A DNA stretch of 64,000 bases from a virus. The notes below the pieces were generated by a model. It was not told the DNA's origin. It saw only the letters and a program-made list of their open reading frames with translations, and searched no databases. Position 1 is the stretch's first letter; every line of letters begins with the position of its first letter. Both the position numbers and the translations under genes were made by a program. Where the stretch lies: positions 51,057-115,056 of the IMG/VR virus record IMGVR_UViG_3300021093_003900, one strand, 5' to 3'. Shown here one piece after another: positions 19,051 through 29,587 of the stretch.

Positions 19051-20304
19051 ATGAAAATATTCATTCAGATAGCATCTTACAGAGATCCTGAGTTGAAAAA
19101 AACTATAGCCAATTGCCTTGAAAACGCCGATAAACCTGAAAATTTAGTTTTTGGTATTGCACGTCAATTTCACCCTGATGATAAATTCGACGACTTAACT
19201 GAGTATATGACAGATGAGAGATTTCGAATTTTGAACATTCCATACAATGAATCAAAAGGTGCGTGTTGGGCTAGAAACCAAATTCAACAACTATACAATA
19301 AAGAACAATATACAATGCAATTGGATTCCCACATGAGATTTGCACCTCACTGGGACACTGAAATGATTGGTATGATAAAACAATTACAGAAAAAAGGATA
19401 TAAAAAACCTTTGTTAACTGGTTATGTTTCTTCTTTTGACCCAGATAACGACCCTAGTGCTAGAGTACAAGAACCTTGGAGGATGGTATTCGATCGTTTT
19501 ATTCCTGAAGGTGCTGTATTTTTTCTTCCTGAAACAATACCAAATTGGCAAACATTGACTGAACCAGTTCCAGCAAGATTCTACTCAGCTCATTACGCAT
19601 TTACTTTAGGTAAATTTACTAAGGAAGTTCAGCACAACCCTGAATATTATTTTCACGGTGAAGAAATTTCAATAGCGGCGAGAGCTTATACTTGGGGTTA
19701 TGATTTATTTCACCCACATAAAGTTTTAATCTGGCACGAATACACAAGAAAAGGTAGAACTAAACAGTGGGATGATGATAAACAATGGGTTGATAAAAAC
19801 AATGTTTCCCATTTAACAAATCGAAAGTTATTTGGTATGGATGGATTACCACAAGAAGGACATGACGGTAAATATGGATTCGGAAAGGCCAGAAGTCTCC
19901 AAGATTATGAAAAATATTCAGGATTACTTTTTGAAAAACGTGCTGTTCAACAATACACGCTCGATAAAAACTATCCACCAAACCCTTATAACTACTCAAC
20001 AGAAGAAGAGTGGAAAGCCGATTTTGCAATGATATTCAAACATTGTATTGATATCGGATATTCACAGGTACCTGAAAAAGATTATGATTTTTGGGTTGTG
20101 GCTTTTCACGATGAAACTGATGAGACTATCTTCAGAAAAGATGCGGACAAGGGAGAGATCGCAAGAATGATGAACGACCCAGATGGGTATTGTAAAGTAT
20201 GGAGAGAGTTCCAGACAGCACATAAACCAAAATATTGGGTAGTTTGGCCACACTCAGAGTCTAAGGGATGGTGTGAAAGAATTACTGGAAATTTACCATT
20301 TTAA
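19051..20304 (+). CDS. GT60-type polypeptide N-acetylglucosaminyltransferase (Skp1 Gnt1-like)
   Basis: IFIQIASYRDPEL, SKGACWAR, QLDSHMRF..WD, LLTGY, FHGEEI..AAR..TWGYD, G..R....YE. Confidence 0.85.
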   Translation: MKIFIQIASYRDPELKKTIANCLENADKPENLVFGIARQFHPDDKFDDLTEYMTDERFRILNIPYNESKGACWARNQIQQLYNKEQYTMQLDSHMRFAPHWDTEMIGMIKQLQKKGYKKPLLTGYVSSFDPDNDPSARVQEPWRMVFDRFIPEGAVFFLPETIPNWQTLTEPVPARFYSAHYAFTLGKFTKEVQHNPEYYFHGEEISIAARAYTWGYDLFHPHKVLIWHEYTRKGRTKQWDDDKQWVDKNNVSHLTNRKLFGMDGLPQEGHDGKYGFGKARSLQDYEKYSGLLFEKRAVQQYTLDKNYPPNPYNYSTEEEWKADFAMIFKHCIDIGYSQVPEKDYDFWVVAFHDETDETIFRKDADKGEIARMMNDPDGYCKVWREFQTAHKPKYWVVWPHSESKGWCERITGNLPF

Positions 20305-20308
20305 ATTT

Positions 20309-20938
20309 ATGATTGATTTAAAAAAAACATTTGAAGATTTTAATATCCAATGTTCGGGTATAATTCATGTCGGGGGGCACCAAGCACAAGAATATCAAAC
20401 ATATAAGGAAATTGGTATACAACATCAAATTTGGATCGAAGCTAACCCGTTTTATTATTCACAAATATTGGAAGTAATTAAAAATGATGAGTTTTCTATC
20501 GCCTTTAATTATTTAATTCTTGATGAAGAAAAAGAAGTTTCATTCAATTTGGCTAATAATGGTCAATCATCATCTGTTTTACCACTCAAAAATCATATTA
20601 AATACTACCCAAATATCAAGTTTGATGGTCAAATGTTGACAACTAGTAAAAGATTAGACTCATTGATCAAAGAATACAAAATTGAAGTAGAGAACTATAA
20701 TGGATTAGTTGTTGACGTACAAGGTGTTGAATTAAAAGTACTTATGTCCTTGGGATCATTGTTACAAAACTTCAAATTTATACAATCAGAAGTTAATTTA
20801 GAAGAACTTTATGAGGGTTGTTGTCTTATAGATGATTTAGACAAATATTTAGAACAATTTGGGTTTGAAAGGAAGATTACTAAGTTATGGGATAATGGTT
20901 CTGTAGGTTGGGGTGATGCTATGTATATTAAAATATGA
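20309..20938 (+). CDS. FkbM-family methyltransferase
   Basis: IHVGGH, WIEAN, SSSVL, DVQGVELKVL, LYEG, WGDA; start reassigned to MIDLKK. Confidence 0.85.
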   Translation: MIDLKKTFEDFNIQCSGIIHVGGHQAQEYQTYKEIGIQHQIWIEANPFYYSQILEVIKNDEFSIAFNYLILDEEKEVSFNLANNGQSSSVLPLKNHIKYYPNIKFDGQMLTTSKRLDSLIKEYKIEVENYNGLVVDVQGVELKVLMSLGSLLQNFKFIQSEVNLEELYEGCCLIDDLDKYLEQFGFERKITKLWDNGSVGWGDAMYIKI

Positions 20939-21684
20939 TTAATTTTTGTATTTTATACTGGGATATGGGTTGTGAAATAAGGAAACAGAATTCTATTATT
21001 TCATGGTTTGAATTGAAAAAAATGACTTACTATTTGAAGTCAAGAGGTTTGAATATCAATGCTTATTTATTCGAATTCGGTAACAATTTTATATTTGAAG
21101 ATTCAATAAAAATAAAAGATAAATTGGAATATTATGAAAAATCCAAAAAAAATAATCTAGCTATTAATCACAATTTGAATGACTATAGTGATTTTATAGC
21201 AATAATGGATTCTGATTTATTTTTTTGTGAAAATCAATATGAAATGATTTATAATCATTTGACTGAATTAATTGAAAGTAAAGAACGGAAATTTTTTACA
21301 TATAATTTACTTGATATTGATTATGAAGAAAGAAATCAAATTATTGATTTTGAAAAAAATCAATTAATGTATGAAAAAATTGATGAGTTTAATTTGAAAT
21401 ATTCTTGGAGACATTCTTTTGGTGCTGGTGTATTGGGTGGTATTTTTATCGTACCAACACCAGAAATTAGGAAAATGGACGGGTTCGATGAAAATTTTCT
21501 TACATGGGGTGCTGAAGATGATGAAGCATTTGTAAGATTAAAATATTTTGCTACGTGGTATCCTAAAATGAATGAAGGACCATATCATCTATGGCATCCA
21601 AAAAATGAAACAGATCCCAAATATTATATTCCTGTATATTCAGATGAATATTTTAAAATTAATAAAGTAAAAAATCCAAGATGA
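20935..21684 (+). CDS. GT2/GT7-like glycosyltransferase (galactosyltransferase C-terminal motif)
   Basis: MDSD, GGIF, GFDENFLTWGAEDDE, YHLWHP. Confidence 0.78.
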   Translation: MINFCILYWDMGCEIRKQNSIISWFELKKMTYYLKSRGLNINAYLFEFGNNFIFEDSIKIKDKLEYYEKSKKNNLAINHNLNDYSDFIAIMDSDLFFCENQYEMIYNHLTELIESKERKFFTYNLLDIDYEERNQIIDFEKNQLMYEKIDEFNLKYSWRHSFGAGVLGGIFIVPTPEIRKMDGFDENFLTWGAEDDEAFVRLKYFATWYPKMNEGPYHLWHPKNETDPKYYIPVYSDEYFKINKVKNPR

Positions 21685-22430
21685 AAAATAATTTAATTAC
21701 TTTTGTTACATTTTGTGTCGACATTGGTCGTGGTGATTTACCTTTGGAAAATTCTATTCATAGAAACTTTGAGCTTTACAAGGCTGGTATGTATGAAAAC
21801 ATAAATACAAAAGTTCCAATGGTTCTTTTTTCATCCGTTGAAGATTTAAAAATCCCTGACTATAGAAATTTAACAAACTTTCGTCATATACCTTTAACAA
21901 AATCATTAATTGAGAATGATTTCCCAAATTTTGAATTATATCGTGAATTTTACCCTGTAACAAAAAAAGACGAAATTGAAAATTCATTGTTTTATTATAC
22001 ACCTTTAGTTGTATTAAAAATGAAAAAAATGATAGAAATATCAAAATTAAATCCTTTTGGAAGTGAAATATTTTTATGGATAGATTGTTTTTTTACTAGA
22101 GGATTGCCAAATTTAGATTTCATGAATGAAGAAGTTGATTACCTAATGATGTGTGGAAATGTGAAAAAAAAGTTGAGTAATAACAAATTTGTTTTGTTAA
22201 ATTGGGGTCCAAGACCTTTTGGTTTTTTTTGGGGTGGTACAACACAAGCTTTGCAAAATATGTACGAACACTACTTTGAAATTTTCTTCGAGTATCTACC
22301 AACCAAATTAATGACAGAGGAATTAATCTTTAAAGAAATCAATGAAAGATATCCAAATTTAATCAATATGATACAAGTTGAAAATGCCATTGATTATAAA
22401 TTAGCTTGTAGTAATTTTATGACAAAATGA
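21681..22430 (+). CDS. HtrL/YibB-like putative glycosyltransferase
   Basis: TFVTFCVDIGR, NPFGS..FLWID, FWGG, TEE. Confidence 0.65.
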   Translation: MKNNLITFVTFCVDIGRGDLPLENSIHRNFELYKAGMYENINTKVPMVLFSSVEDLKIPDYRNLTNFRHIPLTKSLIENDFPNFELYREFYPVTKKDEIENSLFYYTPLVVLKMKKMIEISKLNPFGSEIFLWIDCFFTRGLPNLDFMNEEVDYLMMCGNVKKKLSNNKFVLLNWGPRPFGFFWGGTTQALQNMYEHYFEIFFEYLPTKLMTEELIFKEINERYPNLINMIQVENAIDYKLACSNFMTK

Positions 22431-23200
22431 TAGTATATTCTGATTTTAATAAAGGTCGACTTGGAAATCAACTTTTTTTTGTGGCATCAACTATTGGTAT
22501 AGCATATAAAAATCATACAAATTTTGGTTTTTCAACTCAAATGGCGTCTGGTACCGATAACTACCAATCTTTGTTTAAAAAAAATTTACCGATAGTTCAT
22601 TCAGTGCCTGAAAATAAATTTCATCAAAATGGATTTAATTATCAAGACATACAAATCAATGACGTTGAATTGTTTGGATATTATCAATCTGAGAAATTTT
22701 TCAAGCATTGTGAAGATATAATTTTAGAACAATTTGATTTTAATGAAAAATTTATTGAAATATGTTCTACACTATATCCGAATGTAACTAACTCATTATC
22801 TTTACATGTTAGACGTGGAGACTATTTGTCTCAACCAAACCATCACCCAACATTACCTCTGAAATACTATGAAATAATACTCTCTGAAATTTCGAAAAAT
22901 TATGAAAATATTCTTATTTTCAGTGATGATTCAGATTGGGTAAAAAGTAACTTTATTGGAGATAATTATATTTTTCCAACATTTGATACTGAAAATGTTT
23001 TAAAAAGTTTTGTATTAATGTCAATGTGCTCTGATAACATTATATCAAACTCTACATACAGTTGGTGGGCGGCTTGGTTAAATAGGAATAAAAACAAAAA
23101 TATTTATTCACCAAACCATAGTCAATGGTTTGGTTCGTCGTATTCCAATTTGGATACTTCTGATTTAATACCTAATAATTGGATACAAATCAAATTCTGA
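22427..23200 (+). CDS. GT11 alpha-1,2-fucosyltransferase-like protein
   Basis: GRLGNQLF, GYYQSEK, HVRRGDY, FSDD, NSTYSWW. Confidence 0.88.
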   Translation: MIVYSDFNKGRLGNQLFFVASTIGIAYKNHTNFGFSTQMASGTDNYQSLFKKNLPIVHSVPENKFHQNGFNYQDIQINDVELFGYYQSEKFFKHCEDIILEQFDFNEKFIEICSTLYPNVTNSLSLHVRRGDYLSQPNHHPTLPLKYYEIILSEISKNYENILIFSDDSDWVKSNFIGDNYIFPTFDTENVLKSFVLMSMCSDNIISNSTYSWWAAWLNRNKNKNIYSPNHSQWFGSSYSNLDTSDLIPNNWIQIKF

Positions 23201-23835
23201 TGATACATAAAATAGTTTCTTTTTATCACAAAAACTTGAACCCTGAAATTAAGATTTTACAAAAAAAAGTTTTTGATTATTTAGATATTGATTTAGTTCA
23301 ATTTGAATTTACTGACAGTCATCCAGTCGCCATTGAATTTTTTTTAGAAAATAACAAATGGGATTTGATTACATTATTCGATGTGGATTGTATTCCTACT
23401 GAAAAAAAAATTATAGATAATATATTGGAAATTATTGATGACAATACAATTTATGGTAATGCTCAATTTTCTAATTGTTTACCTTATGTAGGCCCTAGTT
23501 TTATGTCATTTAATAAAAAATTATATGAAAATTCAATTCACAAAAAATTTCATGATGGTCTTTATCTTTGTGGAGATAAATTTCATCACTTAGATGTGGG
23601 TGAAATTTTTGTAAAAGAAAACTTAAAGTTTGGTAACAAACAAGTTCTCAGTTATCCAGTTTCAGTTGAAGAAAAAAAATGGAAATTTATAGGGAATGAA
23701 TTATACCCAAGTTTTGAGTTTGGAGTTGGGACATTATTTGATAATAAAACATTTCATTGTTTTCAAATTAGATTTGAGACTAATCAACACATTTTTAAAC
23801 TTTTTGTTAATAATTTATTAAATGAAAAAAATTAA
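23200..23835 (+). CDS. putative GT-A glycosyltransferase
   Basis: LFDVDCIP DxD motif, DVGE, FG.GT, FH; start reassigned to MIHKIV. Confidence 0.55.
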   Translation: MIHKIVSFYHKNLNPEIKILQKKVFDYLDIDLVQFEFTDSHPVAIEFFLENNKWDLITLFDVDCIPTEKKIIDNILEIIDDNTIYGNAQFSNCLPYVGPSFMSFNKKLYENSIHKKFHDGLYLCGDKFHHLDVGEIFVKENLKFGNKQVLSYPVSVEEKKWKFIGNELYPSFEFGVGTLFDNKTFHCFQIRFETNQHIFKLFVNNLLNEKN

Positions 23836-24721
23836 ATTTATCACTTGTATTTATACAGATCTATACGGTTCTGAACTAGGTGGGAGACCTGGTAGATTTC
23901 ATCATTACAGGTGGAGTCTACTTTCGCTTTTGAAAATGACAGAAGCTGATTTTATTTGTTATACATCAGCCAGTGAATTTTTATCATTGAAACAATTTTT
24001 TTTTGAAGAAAATTCTATTTCTGAGGATCAATTGAAAATTGAAATTTTTGATATTTGGAATTGTAAATATAAAAATTTACTAAAACAAACAAAAAATTTG
24101 GAATTTACTAAAGGGGGTGACCGTTGTATAGAAATACAATACTCTAAATTTGCATGGTGGTACTATGAAGATAAAACGTATGATTATTATTATTGGATAG
24201 ACGCTGGACTATCACATTGTGGTTTAATCCCAGTAAAATACTTAGATCCAAAGTCTTATATGGCAAGTTTTTATGAATGTAATCTTTTCAATAATGATTT
24301 TTTAAATAATCTTATTGAATATACTCAAGACAAATTTTTTTTAATTGGTAAAGACAATGTCCGTAACTTTTGGTCTCAAACCGTTGATCCTAAATGGTAT
24401 AAAAATTATGATAATACTATTCACATAATTGGAGGATTATTTGGCGGCAAACGAGAAAAATGGGATGAAATTGTAAAATTGTTCGAAAATTACATTGAAC
24501 AAATTTTGATTGATGACTTTAAGTCACAAGACAAAGAATTACCACATGAAGAACAAATAATGTCCCTTATGTGGGTAAATCATCAAGATTTATTTATACG
24601 GAAACATTTTGACATATGGTGGTGTCCTGATAGTGGTCCTAGAGATGCGTTACCAGAAATATACACACAAAATAAAAGTTTTTATAGAATCTTAGAGGAA
24701 TTTAATAGAATTTATGAATAA
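23822..24721 (+). CDS. HtrL/YibB-like putative glycosyltransferase
   Basis: QYSK, YYWIDAGL, IGGLFGG, HEEQIM. Confidence 0.65.
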   Translation: MKKIKFITCIYTDLYGSELGGRPGRFHHYRWSLLSLLKMTEADFICYTSASEFLSLKQFFFEENSISEDQLKIEIFDIWNCKYKNLLKQTKNLEFTKGGDRCIEIQYSKFAWWYYEDKTYDYYYWIDAGLSHCGLIPVKYLDPKSYMASFYECNLFNNDFLNNLIEYTQDKFFLIGKDNVRNFWSQTVDPKWYKNYDNTIHIIGGLFGGKREKWDEIVKLFENYIEQILIDDFKSQDKELPHEEQIMSLMWVNHQDLFIRKHFDIWWCPDSGPRDALPEIYTQNKSFYRILEEFNRIYE

Positions 24722-26384
24722 TACAACTTTAGTCACTGGTTTATGGAATATAAACCGCCACGCATTATCTGAAGGGTGGTCAAGAAATTTCGATCATTAC
24801 TTATCGAAATTAGAACAATTATTAAAAATTGACGAAAATCTTATTATTTTTGGAGATAAGGATTTAGAAAAATGGGTATTTGAACGAAGACAACAACATA
24901 ATACTCAATTTATTGTAAGAGAATTGAATTGGTTCAAAAATGAATTCCACAAAAAAATTCAAAGAATCAGATTGGATTCATCATGGTACTCACAATCAAG
25001 TTGGTTACCACAATCAACACAAGCAAAATTAGAAATGTATAATCCATTAGTTATGTCAAAAGTTTTTCTTTTACACGACGCAAAAATAATGGATCGATTT
25101 GATTCAACACATTTATTTTGGATAGATGCTGGTATAACGAACACTGTTCATCCGGGTTATTTTACACATGACAAGGTTTTAAATAAATTGAGTAAATTAA
25201 AAAACATAACTTTTATCGCGTTCCCATACGAAGCTGAAAATGAAATTCACGGTTTCGATTATTCGGAAATGTGTAGAATGGTAAATAAAAAAATTGATAA
25301 GGTATGTCGTGGTGGTTTTTTTGGTGGCCCAAAAGAAAAAATAGGAGATTTTAACCCTCTTTATTATAGTTTGATGAGTAATACATTATCTCGTGGTTAT
25401 ATGGGTACTGAAGAATCACTTTTTACACTTTTGACGTATCAACACCCAGAAATTTTTGAATATTTTGAAATTGAGTCAAATGGTCTAATATCAAAATTTT
25501 TTGAAGATCTGAAGAATGATCAACACAAAATAAAAAGTGAGAGTTTAACACCTATCTCTGGAAACAATTTAGACATCAATAATTCCGCACTTTATGTAAT
25601 CACATTTAATAGTCCAAAACAATTTGAAACTTTAATAGAGTCAATGATTCAGTATGATTGTAATTTCATAGACAAACCAAAAAAGTACTTGTTAAATAAT
25701 TCTAGTGATGATTCAACATTTGACAAGTATGATGAGTTGTGTGCACAATATGAGTTTATTCATATCAAAAAAGATAATCTTGGAATTTGTGGTGGAAGAC
25801 AGTTCATAGCTGAACATGCCGAAGCCAACGACTTTGATTACTATTTCTTTTTTGAGGATGATATGTTTTTTTATCCAAAAAAAGGAGAAGTTTGTCGAAA
25901 CGGTTTTAATAGATATGTGAGTAATTTCTATAATAATGTTCTCCAAATTATTCAAAAACACAATTTTGATTTTCTTAAATTTAATTATTCAGAATTTTTT
26001 GGAGATAATGGAACTCAATGGTCTTGGTATAATGTACCACAATTCGTAAGAGAACAATTTTGGCCGGGTAAAAATAGATTACCTGAGTTAGGGTTAGATC
26101 CTAATGCTCCTAGAACTAGATACGAACATATTTGGTCACACAATGGTATTCCCTATGTGAGTGGTGAAGTTTACTACTCGAATTGGCCTCAAGTAGTTTC
26201 TAGAGAAGGAAACAAAAAAATGTTTTTGAATACAACTTGGGCACATCCTTTCGAACAGACGTGGATGTCTCATATTTTTCAGGAAACCAAAAAAAACAAT
26301 ATTAAACCTGCTTTGTTAATGATGACTCCAACCGAACACAACAGATTCGAATTTTATGACAAAAATTTGAGAAAAGAATCTTAA
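24714..26384 (+). CDS. two-domain glycosyltransferase (HtrL-like + GT-A)
   Basis: TLVTGLWNI, FWIDAG, GGFFGG, TEE; second domain NLGICGGRQ, FFEDD. Confidence 0.72.
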   Translation: MNNTTLVTGLWNINRHALSEGWSRNFDHYLSKLEQLLKIDENLIIFGDKDLEKWVFERRQQHNTQFIVRELNWFKNEFHKKIQRIRLDSSWYSQSSWLPQSTQAKLEMYNPLVMSKVFLLHDAKIMDRFDSTHLFWIDAGITNTVHPGYFTHDKVLNKLSKLKNITFIAFPYEAENEIHGFDYSEMCRMVNKKIDKVCRGGFFGGPKEKIGDFNPLYYSLMSNTLSRGYMGTEESLFTLLTYQHPEIFEYFEIESNGLISKFFEDLKNDQHKIKSESLTPISGNNLDINNSALYVITFNSPKQFETLIESMIQYDCNFIDKPKKYLLNNSSDDSTFDKYDELCAQYEFIHIKKDNLGICGGRQFIAEHAEANDFDYYFFFEDDMFFYPKKGEVCRNGFNRYVSNFYNNVLQIIQKHNFDFLKFNYSEFFGDNGTQWSWYNVPQFVREQFWPGKNRLPELGLDPNAPRTRYEHIWSHNGIPYVSGEVYYSNWPQVVSREGNKKMFLNTTWAHPFEQTWMSHIFQETKKNNIKPALLMMTPTEHNRFEFYDKNLRKES

Positions 26385-26407
26385 CGAGTATTTATTGTAA
26401 AAATCGG

Positions 26408-26788
26408 ATGAATTTTTACATAAATAAAAACGCTAATTTACCGCTTCTAAAAATGCAAGTGGTGAAGGATGGTAGGAGTGAATATCAAGAGTTCATGCGA
26501 CTACTAGAAACATCTTCAATCTTTTTCACAATGATCAATAGTGAATCAGGTATTCCGAAGATTGTTTCAAAACCAGCGTACATTGTGGAGTTGACTAACG
26601 TTGACGACAACGCTCAAGTCGAATATTATGTTTATTTCAGGTTTACAAAAAAAGATACAAATAAGGTAGGAACCTACAAAGGTCAGTTTTTGATTAAATC
26701 AACAGAGGGTGATCTTATTTTACCTTTGAGAGAAGAACTGAACATTTATATCCAAGAAAGTTTTATCATTGACAGTCCTTGTTGTTGA
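26408..26788 (+). CDS. BppU-N-like Ig-fold structural protein
   Basis: FYINKNANLP.L ... Y.F...DT...G.Y.GQF pattern; TATTTAT upstream. Confidence 0.5.
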   Translation: MNFYINKNANLPLLKMQVVKDGRSEYQEFMRLLETSSIFFTMINSESGIPKIVSKPAYIVELTNVDDNAQVEYYVYFRFTKKDTNKVGTYKGQFLIKSTEGDLILPLREELNIYIQESFIIDSPCC

Positions 26789-26808
26789 TCCATTTTTTAC
26801 TATCTTTG
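26779..26808 (+). promoter_or_regulatory. Bacteroidota-type promoter TTG-N19-TATCTTTG
   Basis: Exact match to the TAnnTTTG -7 element with TTG 19 nt upstream, before the DNA polymerase. Confidence 0.6.
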
Positions 26809-26830
26809 ATAGGATAAGTCATAAACAAAA

Positions 26831-29587
26831 ATGATCACAACAGAAGAAATCAAAAGTTTTTTAGAGGGTAACGATCCAGAAGAGCATATAGTCGCACTTG
26901 AGTTCGATTATGCAAGTGAAGATATCTTTAAAATCAAGGAAATCCCTAGTAAAGGTAAACAAATTGTCAGGGATACTTTTATTCCGTTTTGTTGGGTTGG
27001 TGATTTACGTAAATTAAACTTTTATGGAGGATCAAAAGCTCAACAGAAAGAGGCGATGTCCAAACATAAAATTCTTATTGAAAAACTAGAAACTCACGAC
27101 AATGAAAGATTAACCCAAGGTCTTACATTCTTGGTAAAATCCTTAAAAGGATATAGAAATCTTATTCAGTTTTTTCGTGATGGTGGTATAGATCCTTGGG
27201 GTGATGCGGCAAAAGAACAATTTCTATTATTACCACCAGTTGAACAATATTTGATTCAAAAAGAAAAAAGATTATTCAAAGGATATGAAGAATACAACGA
27301 TATCACTCGATTTGTATTTGACTTAGAGACGACCGCACTTGATCCAAAAGATGGTCGTATTTTTATGATTGGTATGAAGACAAATAAAGGTTTTCATCAA
27401 GTTATTGAATGTCTCACAGAAGAACAAGAAAAACACGGATTGATTGAGTTTTTCAGGACAATACACAAACTTAATCCAAGTATCATTGGTGGTTACAATA
27501 GCTTTAACTTTGACTGGCAATGGATCATTGAAAGATCCAAAGCTCTTGGTTTGGATATGAAGAAAATTTGTATAACCCTCAATCCAGAAAGACATTTCTC
27601 ACAAAAAGAACAATTGCTCAAACTTGGTAATGAGGTTGAGAAATTCAATCAGATTGGAATGTGGGGATATAATGTAATTGATATTCTTCATGCTGTGAGA
27701 AGAGCTCAATCAATCAATTCAAATATCAAAAGTGCTGGTCTTAAGTATATCACACAATACTTGGAACTAGAAAGTCCAAATCGTATTTACATAGATCATC
27801 AAAACATCGGTAAGATGTATGAAAAAAAAGAGGAGTATTGGTTAAATATTAACAATGGAAAATATAAAAAAGCTGATATTCCTGAGTTTGCAAACTTAGA
27901 TCAAAGATTTCCATCAGTTTATGAAAAAGTTACTGGAGATAAAATTGTTGAGATGTATCTTGACGATGACTTGGATGAAACTTTACGTGTTGATGAAGAG
28001 TTCAATCAAGGTTCTTTTCTTCTAGCATCTCTTGTACCAACGACTTATGAAAGAGTTTCTACAATGGGAACCGCGACGTTATGGAAAATGATTATGCTCG
28101 CTTGGTCATACAAACACAACTTAGCAATTCCGAAAAAACAAGAAAAAAAGGATTTTGTGGGTGGATTATCACGTCTTATTAAAGTGGGTTATTCTACCAA
28201 TGTTCTTAAACTCGACTTTAGTTCACTTTATCCTTCTATTCAACTTGTACACGAAGTTTTTCCTGATTGTGATGTGACTGGGGTGCTCAGAGGATTTTTG
28301 AAGTTTTTCCGTGATTCTCGTATATTATACAAACAACTTGCGGAAGAATTACACGAGACAGATCCAAAAAAATCAAAATCATACGATAGAAAACAATTAC
28401 CTATCAAAATCTTTATCAATAGTATGTTTGGTGCCCTGTCAGCACCTCAAGTCTTTGCTTGGGGTGATATGTATATGGGAGAACAAATTACCTGTACTGG
28501 TAGACAATATCTTCGTCAAATGACAAAATTCTTTATGGCACGTGGTTATGAACCACTTGTGATGGATACGGACGGTATTAACTTCTCAGCACCAAACGGG
28601 GTTGAAGATCGAGTTTATATTGGTCGAGGTAACAATTGGAAAGTTAAAAAGGGTAAAGAGTACAAAGGCACTGCGGCTGATATTGCTGAGTATAATGATA
28701 TTTTTATGCGTGGTGAGATGGCGTTAGATAACGATGGTGTGTGGCCAAGTTGTATAAACATCGCCAGAAAAAACTACGCACTTCTCACAGAAAAAGGAAA
28801 AATCAAGTTGGTTGGAAACACTATTAAGTCAAAAAAATTACCGGGTTATATCGAGGAGTTTCTTGATAAGGGAATTAAATTATTACTTCAAGGTAAGGGA
28901 AAAGAATTTGTCGAGTTTTATTATGAATATCTGACAAAGATCTACAATATGGAAATTCCTTTAGTCAAAGTAGCTCAAAGAGGTAAAATAAAACAAAGTA
29001 TCTCTGACTATGAAAAAAGATGTAAACAAACAACTAAGGCGGGTAATTTGATGGCAAGACAAGCACATATGGAACTTGTAATTCAAAAAGGGATGAGTGT
29101 TAATTTGGGTGATGTTATTTATTACGTCAACGATGGAACTAAAATCTCTCAAGGTGATGTGTCCAAAAAGGGTGATACTATTACATTAAATTGTTATTTG
29201 GTAAGTCAAAGCGACATTGATAATAATCCGAATTTAACAGGTGTGTATAATGTTCCTCGAGCAATCTCAGTATTCAATAAACGTATTGAACCACTTTTGG
29301 TTGTGTTCAAACCAGAAGTTAGGGATATTTTGTTAGTCACCAATCCAGAACAAAGAGAGTATTTCACAACTCTACAATGTCAACTTGTAAATGGACAACC
29401 TTTTAATGAAACCGATCAAGATAATTTACAAAGAGATGTCTTGGAAATTACCGAACAAGAGTTGGAGTATTGGAAAAAGAGGGGTCTTGATCCGAACTAC
29501 ATTTACGATCAAGCTGCAGATGGGTGGGAAAAAGTGGTAACTTACCAAAGTTTAACACCATCAGAAGAAAGTATGTACCAATTGTGA
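26831..29587 (+). CDS. polB: family B DNA polymerase
   Basis: FDLETT, GYNSFNFDW, DFSSLYPSI, K...NSMFG, DTDG, RKNYA. Confidence 0.93.
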   Translation: MITTEEIKSFLEGNDPEEHIVALEFDYASEDIFKIKEIPSKGKQIVRDTFIPFCWVGDLRKLNFYGGSKAQQKEAMSKHKILIEKLETHDNERLTQGLTFLVKSLKGYRNLIQFFRDGGIDPWGDAAKEQFLLLPPVEQYLIQKEKRLFKGYEEYNDITRFVFDLETTALDPKDGRIFMIGMKTNKGFHQVIECLTEEQEKHGLIEFFRTIHKLNPSIIGGYNSFNFDWQWIIERSKALGLDMKKICITLNPERHFSQKEQLLKLGNEVEKFNQIGMWGYNVIDILHAVRRAQSINSNIKSAGLKYITQYLELESPNRIYIDHQNIGKMYEKKEEYWLNINNGKYKKADIPEFANLDQRFPSVYEKVTGDKIVEMYLDDDLDETLRVDEEFNQGSFLLASLVPTTYERVSTMGTATLWKMIMLAWSYKHNLAIPKKQEKKDFVGGLSRLIKVGYSTNVLKLDFSSLYPSIQLVHEVFPDCDVTGVLRGFLKFFRDSRILYKQLAEELHETDPKKSKSYDRKQLPIKIFINSMFGALSAPQVFAWGDMYMGEQITCTGRQYLRQMTKFFMARGYEPLVMDTDGINFSAPNGVEDRVYIGRGNNWKVKKGKEYKGTAADIAEYNDIFMRGEMALDNDGVWPSCINIARKNYALLTEKGKIKLVGNTIKSKKLPGYIEEFLDKGIKLLLQGKGKEFVEFYYEYLTKIYNMEIPLVKVAQRGKIKQSISDYEKRCKQTTKAGNLMARQAHMELVIQKGMSVNLGDVIYYVNDGTKISQGDVSKKGDTITLNCYLVSQSDIDNNPNLTGVYNVPRAISVFNKRIEPLLVVFKPEVRDILLVTNPEQREYFTTLQCQLVNGQPFNETDQDNLQRDVLEITEQELEYWKKRGLDPNYIYDQAADGWEKVVTYQSLTPSEESMYQL

